A stretch of DNA of 62,084 bases from a virus (Duplodnaviria > Caudoviricetes), in the IMG/VR virus record IMGVR_UViG_3300032267_000768, positions 1 to 62,084 of that record. One strand, given 5' to 3'. A program made the position numbers and the translations under genes. The first letter of the stretch is position 1. Each line of letters begins with the position of its first letter. The notes under the pieces were generated by a model. It worked only from the letters and a program-made list of their open reading frames with translations. It was not told the origin of the DNA and made no database searches. This document shows positions 49,743-57,439 of this stretch, piece after piece.

Positions 49743-50765
49743 ATGGCATTTTTTAAAAAAGCTGCTTGTTTCACTGATATACATTTTGGATTAAAAGGCA
49801 ACAGCCGAGTTCACAATGATGACGGAGAAGCATTCTGTCATTGGTTCATTGAGCAGGCCAAAGCACACGGTTGTGAAACCTGCATATTCCTAGGAGATTG
49901 GCATCATCACAGGAGTGCCACCAATGTCAGCACCATGAACTACACTGTCAGCAACATGGAGAGACTGGGCCGAGCGTTTGAAAAGGTCTATGTGATCATG
50001 GGCAATCACGATCTATTCTACAGAGACAAGAGAGAGATCAACAGCATGGAATACTGCAGGAACATTCCCAACATCGAGATCGTGAATGAGTGGTTACTGG
50101 CTGATGATGTAGCTATTATACCATGGATCGTGCATGACGAGTGGAGGAAGATACAGGATCTAAAACAGAGATATATTTTTGGACATTTTGAATTGCCTTA
50201 TTTTAAAATGAATGCCATGGTAGACATGCCAGATGTGGGCACTATCAAAGCAGAACACTTTGTGAATCAAGAGTATGTGTTCACAGGACACTTCCACAAG
50301 AGACAGATTAGAAACAATATACACTACATCGGCAATGCATTTCCTCACAACTATGCCGATGCTGGAGATGATGAGCGTGGCATGATGGTGTTGGAATATG
50401 GTGGACAGCCCAAATATATCAACTATCCCAACATGCCCAAGTATAGAAATGTAAAAATATCACAGTTACTATCTGATGCTGACAGCATATTGGCACCACG
50501 AATGTATGTGCGTGTGGGATTGGATATTAAAATTTCCTATGAGGAAGCCAACTTCATCAGAGAAACATTTATGGAAAAATATCAGTTGAGAGAATTACAA
50601 TTAATTCCAGAACAACTGGATCAAGCAGATCAGCCCATGGTCACTGTGGAAAAATTTGACTCGGTGGATCAGATTGTGATCAAACAGTTGGAAGCAGTGG
50701 ACTCACAGACCTATGATAAAAAAGTATTAATGGCAATTTACAATAATTTAGATGTTAACAATTAA
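49743..50765 (+). CDS. gp47: Recombination endonuclease subunit (Mre11/SbcD-like)
   Basis: DIHFG, LGDW, GNHD, GHFE, GHFH metallophosphoesterase motifs. Confidence 0.92.
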   Translation: MAFFKKAACFTDIHFGLKGNSRVHNDDGEAFCHWFIEQAKAHGCETCIFLGDWHHHRSATNVSTMNYTVSNMERLGRAFEKVYVIMGNHDLFYRDKREINSMEYCRNIPNIEIVNEWLLADDVAIIPWIVHDEWRKIQDLKQRYIFGHFELPYFKMNAMVDMPDVGTIKAEHFVNQEYVFTGHFHKRQIRNNIHYIGNAFPHNYADAGDDERGMMVLEYGGQPKYINYPNMPKYRNVKISQLLSDADSILAPRMYVRVGLDIKISYEEANFIRETFMEKYQLRELQLIPEQLDQADQPMVTVEKFDSVDQIVIKQLEAVDSQTYDKKVLMAIYNNLDVNN

Positions 50766-52545
50766 AGATCTCACAGTAAAAAACTTCATGAGCGTGGGCA
50801 ATCATACCCAAGCAGTAAACTTCGCTGGTAAAAATCTAGTGCTGGTTATCGGTGAGAACATGGATTTAGGAGGAGATGATGCTGGTGCTCGAAACGGCAC
50901 AGGCAAGACCACTATTATAAATGCCATCAGTTATGTGTTCTTTGGTGAAGCACTGACCCAGATACGAAGAGACAATCTAGTGAATAAAACCAATGCTAAA
51001 GACATGTTGGTCACTGTAAATTTTGAGAAGAACGGTGTACACTACAAAATTGAAAGAGGTAGAAAACCACAGGTACTGAAATTCTTTATCAATGAAGTGG
51101 AACAAAATTCCGGAGCAGATGGTACTGAAGATAACAATGAAGCACAGGGGGAGAATAAAGAAACACAAGAAGAGATTAATAAGTTAATTGGCATGACTCA
51201 TGCTATGTTTAAAAACATTATTGCTCTTAACACTTATACATTGCCATTCTTAGCAACCAAACAAGCCGAGCAGAGAGAAATTATAGAACAACTGTTGGGT
51301 ATAACTCTATTGAGTGAGAAAGCAGAACTGTTAAAAGAACAAATGCGAGTGGCTAAACTGGAGTTAGCAGAAGAAAAAATGCGATTAGATGCTATTCTAG
51401 TTAGTAATAAAAAAGTAGAAGAGTCTATTAAAACATTTGAATTAAGGAGTGCTGCGTGGCAGACGCAAAAGAATCAAGATATTGCAAAATTTGAATCCGC
51501 CATAGAAGAATTAGAACGAGTAGATATTAAAACAGAATTAGAATCCCATAAACGATTAGCCAAACATACAGATGATTCTAAAACGTTAAGAAACTTAGAA
51601 AAAGAGAAAAGTTATCATGAAGATTCATTAACCAAGGCTACTAAACAAAAAGAACAAACCGTAAAAGATTTAGAATATGCCGAAAAAGCCACGTGTCCTA
51701 CTTGTGAACAAGACTTACATGGAGAGAAACATGAACATCTTGTGGATGAACTTAAAAAAGATCTTGAGGAACAAACTCAATATGAACAAACATTATCTGC
51801 AAAATTAAAAGAAATACAAAGCAGCATAATATCTATTGGAGATTTGGGTTCTATACCAGACACATATTATGATTCTATCGATGAAGCATACAACCACAAA
51901 GGGTCTGTGGAAGATTTAAAACGACAATTGGAACAAACTAGCACAAAAGAAAATCCATACCAAGAACAGATCGATGAGTTAACAAAGAGTGCTGTACAAA
52001 AAGTAGATTATGTTAAAGCCAACGAAATGGAAGACTTATATAGACATCAAGAATTCTTGTATAAACTGTTGACTGCTAAGGATTCGTTTATAAGAACTAG
52101 GATTATAGAACAAAACTTAACGTATCTTAATCAAAGATTAGCATTCTATCTAACACAGGTTAAATTACCACACACAGTGGTATTCTTATCTGACTTGAAT
52201 GTAAGAATTGAAGAGCTAGGTCGAGAGTTAGACTTTGATAATTTAAGTCGAGGAGAAAGAAACAGATTAATTTTAAGTTTGAGCTGGGCATTCCGTGATG
52301 TGTGGGAAGGTCTTTACCAACAAATTAACCTATTATTCATTGACGAATTAATTGATGCAGGTATGGATATCTCTGGTGTAGAAAGCTCTATGGCAGTTTT
52401 AAAAGAGATGAGCCGAACCCAATCAAAAAACATATTCTTGATATCACACAAAGATGAGTTGATATCTAGAGTTAACTCTGTGTTAAAAGTGGTAAAAGAA
52501 AATGGTTTTACCAGTTATGCTAATGATGTTGACATTATAATTTAA
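50752..52545 (+). CDS. gp46: Recombination ATPase subunit (Rad50/SbcC-like)
   Basis: Walker A NGTGKTT, zinc hook CPTC, signature LSRGE, Walker B FIDE, ISHK. Confidence 0.93.
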   Translation: MLTIKDLTVKNFMSVGNHTQAVNFAGKNLVLVIGENMDLGGDDAGARNGTGKTTIINAISYVFFGEALTQIRRDNLVNKTNAKDMLVTVNFEKNGVHYKIERGRKPQVLKFFINEVEQNSGADGTEDNNEAQGENKETQEEINKLIGMTHAMFKNIIALNTYTLPFLATKQAEQREIIEQLLGITLLSEKAELLKEQMRVAKLELAEEKMRLDAILVSNKKVEESIKTFELRSAAWQTQKNQDIAKFESAIEELERVDIKTELESHKRLAKHTDDSKTLRNLEKEKSYHEDSLTKATKQKEQTVKDLEYAEKATCPTCEQDLHGEKHEHLVDELKKDLEEQTQYEQTLSAKLKEIQSSIISIGDLGSIPDTYYDSIDEAYNHKGSVEDLKRQLEQTSTKENPYQEQIDELTKSAVQKVDYVKANEMEDLYRHQEFLYKLLTAKDSFIRTRIIEQNLTYLNQRLAFYLTQVKLPHTVVFLSDLNVRIEELGRELDFDNLSRGERNRLILSLSWAFRDVWEGLYQQINLLFIDELIDAGMDISGVESSMAVLKEMSRTQSKNIFLISHKDELISRVNSVLKVVKENGFTSYANDVDIII

Positions 52546-52548
52546 TTG

Positions 52549-52577
52549 TTGACTATCGCTTTTTTACAGCTTACAAT
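52549..52577 (+). promoter_or_regulatory. sigma70-type promoter
   Basis: TTGACT-17 nt-TACAAT, followed by AAGGAG before ATG 52614. Confidence 0.75.
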
Positions 52578-52613
52578 ACAGATGTATTAATTAATACAAC
52601 AAAAGGAGAATAC

Positions 52614-52805
52614 ATGTCAAATACACATGAGTCGATTATGGCCGCTATTCAGACTTATTCTGAAGAGAACCAAAGGTTCACTGAAAAAGGCGTTAAAGCT
52701 TCAGGAACTAGAGCCAGAAAAGCTCTTGCTGAATTAGGAAAACTAGTTAAAGCAAGAAGAAAAGAAATCCAAGAAACTAAAAACGCTGAAAAAACTGCAG
52801 CCTAA
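52614..52805 (+). CDS. Histone H1-like (Hc1 family) small basic protein
   Basis: EKGVKASGTRARKALAELGKLVKARRKEI; has its own promoter, SD and terminator. Confidence 0.75.
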   Translation: MSNTHESIMAAIQTYSEENQRFTEKGVKASGTRARKALAELGKLVKARRKEIQETKNAEKTAA

Positions 52806-52822
52806 TTAGTAAGAAGGAATTT

Positions 52823-52858
52823 AAAAAGCCTGTGCATGCAAGTGTGCAGGCTTTTTTT
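52823..52858 (+). terminator. Rho-independent terminator, possibly bidirectional
   Basis: AAAAA-GCCTGTGCAT-GCAA-GTGTGCAGGC-TTTTTTT between convergent genes. Confidence 0.85.
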
Positions 52859-53117
52859 ATGACCCAAACCATCGCCGTGCTATAGGCGTTGAATGTTTTA
52901 AACACCACATGGTCCATTCTCTATCAGTAAATTTGGCTCGTACCACTATTTTATCTGGTTCAAAAGCAATGTCACATAGATTCTTTAGATATAACTCTTG
53001 CACATGCGGGAAACGTGCTAACCAACCCTCAAACCATATCTGAGCTTGGAAAGCATCATCATACTTTCCAACGATTTTTAACTCTCCTATGACCCTAAGT
53101 GTTCCATGTCGCTTCAT
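52857..53117 (-). CDS. Hypothetical protein
   Basis: 86-aa ORF with ATGA overlap to the GIY-YIG gene. Confidence 0.65.
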   Translation of the reverse strand: MKRHGTLRVIGELKIVGKYDDAFQAQIWFEGWLARFPHVQELYLKNLCDIAFEPDKIVVRAKFTDREWTMWCLKHSTPIARRWFGS

Positions 53118-53545
53118 AGGTCTTTATCAATAATGAGTGACCCATGCACTCGCACACGTATGTGTCCATTGTAGTACTGGTCCGATTCTAAAACTTTCCT
53201 AGCAAACTGCTCTCGAGCTTCTACGTAGTTTAATTCTGCTTTGCTCTTGCAATAATAAAGTATCTCTCTACGAAATCGGTCTCGACCTAAAGATTCTATA
53301 TCTCTAGTTAACTGGTCACTGCTGCCATAGTAGTCCATCCAGTCACTTGCCACAGCGCCTCTTATTTTTTTGCGTATTTTTTTTCCGTTTTTTTGTGTGT
53401 GCATTTTATATCGCGTAGTTTTGAATCTAGATAATTTTTTTCCCACATACATGCGCCCATTCTCAGTGTTGGTAATAAGATACACAAATCCCACACACTC
53501 GTTTGGTAATTCTATTACCGGTTCATTTCTGTAAATCCACTGCAT
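53114..53545 (-). CDS. Minimal GIY-YIG endonuclease-like protein
   Basis: GFVYLITN..MYVGKK..YYGSS..REIL..E..YYN. Start revised to 53545 (TTAAATA 5 nt upstream). Confidence 0.8.
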   Translation of the reverse strand: MQWIYRNEPVIELPNECVGFVYLITNTENGRMYVGKKLSRFKTTRYKMHTQKNGKKIRKKIRGAVASDWMDYYGSSDQLTRDIESLGRDRFRREILYYCKSKAELNYVEAREQFARKVLESDQYYNGHIRVRVHGSLIIDKDL

Positions 53546-53599
53546 GTCAGTATTTAAACTCAAGAACCTGCCAATCATAATATACGCACATTATATACA

Positions 53600-54045
53600 T
53601 GTGAAAAAGGCACATTAAAAATAATCACAATTTCTATTAGGCTCTATAGCGTCTTTGGTAAAACAGTGAACTACTCCTATTCAGTTAGGCGGCGAATCAC
53701 TTGACGCAACAGGCAAAAATGACGGAGCTCTGGGAAACAGATCCAACTCCAGGTTCATATGATATTATCATACAAAGATCATGTGAATTCGCGTTGCAAT
53801 GAATGAGCTAACGGGTACAGCGCAACCGCCCGGCGACAGCAGCGATGTATGATGACTGCGAACTCAGCACATATGCAGAGTAGGTCTATTCGGCTAGCAA
53901 TAGCCGAATCATGACTGCTCATCTAGCACATAAGGCGCACGATGCTATCGCATCGCGCTTAACAATTGTTGTATCAAGATGTAAAAGGAAACGAGCGCAA
54001 GCGAAGTTTCAGATGTGCGTAGCACATCTTGTTAGGATTGCAACT
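53600..54045 (+). ncRNA. Putative large structured non-coding RNA (or structured ssDNA/origin element); boundaries approximate
   Basis: No ORF, GC-richer than flanks, at least 7 hairpins, GCAA tetraloops, G-U pairs favouring the + strand, potential 10-bp pseudoknot. Confidence 0.65.
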
Positions 54046-54046
54046 G

Positions 54047-54286
54047 TTAAAAGAATGGCTGTCCAGTTTTTTTAGTAACGTCTAGATTGTCTTTAACTAT
54101 ACGAGAAACAATATCGCGATCCGAAGGACTCAGTGCCAATGCTTCTTGATAGGTAACTCCACCTCGCATGTACCAACAGATTTTAAACAGCTCGTGCTTG
54201 ATGCTTTTACCTTCATTTTCAAGATCTTTTAGATATTTTATAAGGTCAGATTCCGAGAGCGATAATAGTTTTATACGAAAAAATTT
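54047..54286 (-). CDS. -1 frame extension of the gp26-like gene (gp51/GT-like); not in ORF track
   Basis: Open frame KFFRIKLLSLSESDLIKYLKDLENEGKSIKHELFKICWYMRGG...GQPFF* begins at the slippery A AAT TTT TTC. The first ATG is only at 54169. Confidence 0.7.
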   Translation of the reverse strand, partial: KFFRIKLLSLSESDLIKYLKDLENEGKSIKHELFKICWYMRGGVTYQEALALSPSDRDIVSRIVKDNLDVTKKTGQPFF

Positions 54287-55128
54287 GCGTTATCAAATGT
54301 GATCGGCACTTCGTAGGTTGCTGGAGCGCCGGCTTTAATCTGTTCTTCTGTGGCTTTGACTTTGACAGGTTTGATAGAACCCTGTTGACGAATATCACCC
54401 AATTTGTTTTCTAACTCTTTGATTGTTCTAGCGTCTGCGTTTTTGATAAAATCTAAAATGGCTGTTTTATCAGTCACTGTTTCTCCTGTGGGCAGTTGAA
54501 TACGTTCGATATTGTTGATCAACAAGCTCACGTTGAGGTCGCTCAGCACTCGGAAGCTCTCAGTGAAACGTTTGGTTTTTTCTTCGGCGCTGAGATTGCT
54601 CTGAGCCACTTGTGCGTAAATTCTCTGTTGTTCAAATGTTTTTAACTGTGCATCTGTGATCTGTTTGTAGGTCAGTGGAGCAATGTGCAGGGTCAGCCCA
54701 TCCTGCAGCACACAGCGGTCTGTGATTTTTTCCTGTCTAATAGTTTCCAACATCTGCGGTAGATTCACCACGTGTGTTTGTGTTTCATTGGTTCCTGGAA
54801 CCCCTGCTGTGATTTCCATGGTCTCTCCATAGCTGGCAATTCTAATAGCAATCAACACAGTATCAATGTCATGATTGACCAGTTGCCATGGATCCTGTAT
54901 GGTAGGAATACAACTTTTAATCACATCCACAGTGGCCTGTCCATTCATCATGCTGTCAGGGGTGCGGAAACTCAATTCATCCATGGCAGTCATGGGCAAC
55001 ACAGGGTGTTCTCCCGTAGTGGTCTTTTGCACCACCGACTCGGCATAGTATTTTTCACCAGAGGGCAAACGTATGCTGATCTGCGGCTGTCTATAATAGC
55101 GTTTTAACGGGTTTGTATTTTCTACCAT
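54271..55128 (-). CDS. gp26: Baseplate hub / tail assembly chaperone, T4 gp26-like
   Basis: YYRQP..IRLPSG, PMTAMDE, IKSCIP, DIDTVLIAIRIASYGE, terminal NFF. Confidence 0.75.
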   Translation of the reverse strand: MVENTNPLKRYYRQPQISIRLPSGEKYYAESVVQKTTTGEHPVLPMTAMDELSFRTPDSMMNGQATVDVIKSCIPTIQDPWQLVNHDIDTVLIAIRIASYGETMEITAGVPGTNETQTHVVNLPQMLETIRQEKITDRCVLQDGLTLHIAPLTYKQITDAQLKTFEQQRIYAQVAQSNLSAEEKTKRFTESFRVLSDLNVSLLINNIERIQLPTGETVTDKTAILDFIKNADARTIKELENKLGDIRQQGSIKPVKVKATEEQIKAGAPATYEVPITFDNANFFV

Positions 55129-55138
55129 TTTTGTATTC

Positions 55139-55179
55139 TATAAATATACATTATATTAATGTGCTTGTCACTATTTATG
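55139..55179. promoter_or_regulatory. Pair of face-to-face late promoters
   Basis: TATAAATA (+, 55139-46) for the tape measure gene; CATAAATA (-, 55179-72) for the gp26-like gene. Confidence 0.65.
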
Positions 55180-55206
55180 TGAGCATATTTTAGGGGTTTT
55201 TAAAGC

Positions 55207-57426
55207 ATGGACGAACAGGAACTAGCAAAGATATTGGCTAAAGCCAACCAAGATCAAGCCAAGGAAATTACCAGACTCATCAGCGATCTTAGGAAAGCTC
55301 CCATACTCAGCTCATCCCAAATCAAGAGAGTCAGTGATTCTTTAACAAGTTTAACCAAAAACATCAAACTAGGGGAAAAAGAGAATAAGGCCCTGCAGGA
55401 AATTATAAGCCAAGTCATAGAAATCAAAGAAAAAGAGATCAAGGCCACCAAAACTTTAAACGAAAGATTTTATACCCTATTTAGAGCGTTCGGCAAAAAT
55501 GAACTAGCCGCACAATCTTCCGCAGACGCATTCACGGGTGCAGCCACAACAACCGTTGCTCTAGGCAAGGCAGCCTACAAGGGGGCAGGCGATATATCAA
55601 ACTTCACCGATGCCTTCAAAGATAGACTGGGTCTCATAGGCACCGGTTTACAAAATTTTGGCAGTTTCGCCGACACCTCGCTAGAGGCATTCCGCACACT
55701 GTCCAATGTGGGTGCCAACTTCGGACAAAATTTATTCACACTGAGAGAAACTGCTGCCAGTGCAGCTCTGCCACTGCAAGACTTTGTCAAATTGATCTCT
55801 GCCAACAGCGAAAGTCTAGCAGCCCTGTATGGTAGTAGCACGCTGGGAGCAAAAAGATTTTCTCAACTCAGCGAACAATTTAGAAGAACCACTATTGAGC
55901 GTTTAGGACCTTTAGGATTTACAGTAGACGAGTTAAATGATGTTTTACTAACCACATTAAATTTAGAAAGAAGAACAGGCACTTTTGTTGCTGGGGCAAC
56001 TCAAGATCAAATCGCATCAGCCGAAGGATTTGCAACAGAACTAGACAAACTGTCCAAACTCACAGGACAACAGAGAACTGTACTGGCCAAACAGATAGAA
56101 TCTCAACTAGCTAACGAACGTTTCACAGCATTCCTAGGAGGAGCAAGCAAAGAGGCTCAGCAAAGACTGAGTGCATTTTCAGCTTCTATCGGTGAATTGG
56201 CTCCAGGATTAAAAGAAGGTTTCCAAGATTTAATTGCCAACTCAGGTACTCCGGTTACCGAAGCAGCAAGGATGCTGGTACAGAACATACCAGAAGCCAG
56301 CGGCATTATTCAACAGTTGACTGCAGGAACTTTAGACTCTGCACAGGCCATGATAATGTTGAGAGATGCTGCTCAACGATCTAATAAAGCTCTAGCAGGT
56401 GTTGCAGTAACAGGGAAGGTGCCTTTTGCAAGATTATATAGTGAAGTTAGTAAACTTGCATCAGCTGAACTTGATCTAAAAGAAGTTACTGAAGAACAGA
56501 AAGCAGCACAAGACAAAGCGACCAAATCTCTTGCACTATTTCAAGATTCTACCAAAAGACTGAGTTCAAGTTTTCAAAGCATCGAAACAGGATTCTACAC
56601 AGTATTGGGTGGATTTATAGGAACCACAGGCAATCAACTTAACAACGGTGTAAAAGATATAGCAGACGGTATTAATAAAATGAACAACGGTACCAAAGCT
56701 CTGTTGTTCATGAGTAAAACCATTGGGGGATTCTTTTTAGACAAAGGAGGACAAATAGCCATACAAGCTGCAGGTACTGCTGCCGGTATTCGAATGGCTG
56801 GTGGAGGCATGGGTGGAGGAAGCGGAGTAGGAGATTTATTAGGAGGCAAAGTCGGCAAAGGATTAAAAATTGGTGCAGGCATAGGATCGGCTGCAGGAGT
56901 GGCCGGAGGTACTGCTATGGCATATCAAGCAGACACAGGATATGGCAAGGCAGCCGGCATAGGAACTTCTGCGCTGTCAGGTGCTGCACTGGGTGCTACT
57001 ATCGGTTCAGTAATTCCCGGACTTGGCACTTTAGCAGGAGCAATTATAGGTGGTGTTGGCGGATTAGTATCAGGCGGAATAGGAGCAGGACTAGGAGCAG
57101 ACATCAAAAGATCCACAGGCACATTCGGTGAAACAGGATTACCATTTGAACCCAAAACCAGTCTATTGCATGTGGAAGCTGGTGAACGAGTATTGAATAG
57201 ACAAGAAGCACAAGACTATAATGCCGAAGGCTCTGGAGGAAATGCACAATATACACAACTAAATGCCCAAATGACACAATATAATATGACCGCTAAAGAA
57301 ACATTAGAGCTGCAAAAAGCCAATTACAAAGCATTAAATACGTTGGTTAACATTAATATGGCCACAGAGAAGAATACCAAAAAAACTTCTAAAGTGGTTG
57401 ATAAAGTAGGGCCTTCTATTGTATAA
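55207..57426 (+). CDS. Tape measure protein-like
   Basis: Ala/Leu-rich helical body, LDKLSKLTG, Gly-zipper hydrophobic segments, C-terminal LHVEAGERVLN. Confidence 0.75.
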   Translation: MDEQELAKILAKANQDQAKEITRLISDLRKAPILSSSQIKRVSDSLTSLTKNIKLGEKENKALQEIISQVIEIKEKEIKATKTLNERFYTLFRAFGKNELAAQSSADAFTGAATTTVALGKAAYKGAGDISNFTDAFKDRLGLIGTGLQNFGSFADTSLEAFRTLSNVGANFGQNLFTLRETAASAALPLQDFVKLISANSESLAALYGSSTLGAKRFSQLSEQFRRTTIERLGPLGFTVDELNDVLLTTLNLERRTGTFVAGATQDQIASAEGFATELDKLSKLTGQQRTVLAKQIESQLANERFTAFLGGASKEAQQRLSAFSASIGELAPGLKEGFQDLIANSGTPVTEAARMLVQNIPEASGIIQQLTAGTLDSAQAMIMLRDAAQRSNKALAGVAVTGKVPFARLYSEVSKLASAELDLKEVTEEQKAAQDKATKSLALFQDSTKRLSSSFQSIETGFYTVLGGFIGTTGNQLNNGVKDIADGINKMNNGTKALLFMSKTIGGFFLDKGGQIAIQAAGTAAGIRMAGGGMGGGSGVGDLLGGKVGKGLKIGAGIGSAAGVAGGTAMAYQADTGYGKAAGIGTSALSGAALGATIGSVIPGLGTLAGAIIGGVGGLVSGGIGAGLGADIKRSTGTFGETGLPFEPKTSLLHVEAGERVLNRQEAQDYNAEGSGGNAQYTQLNAQMTQYNMTAKETLELQKANYKALNTLVNINMATEKNTKKTSKVVDKVGPSIV

Positions 57427-57439
57427 TGATAGATAATAT

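Noticed and set aside
53849-53932. CRISPR or TIGR-like array; box C-like ATGATGA
   Set aside because: Only two repeat units with 6-nt cores, no matching box D, and no Cas or Nop-domain gene in the window.
53600-54045. Group I intron, RNase P, tmRNA or tRNA interpretation of the structured region
   Set aside because: No interrupted gene on either side. I found no P7/R-S core, GAGGAAAGTCC, tag ORF with tRNA-like ends, or cloverleaf by eye; a covariance search is still needed.
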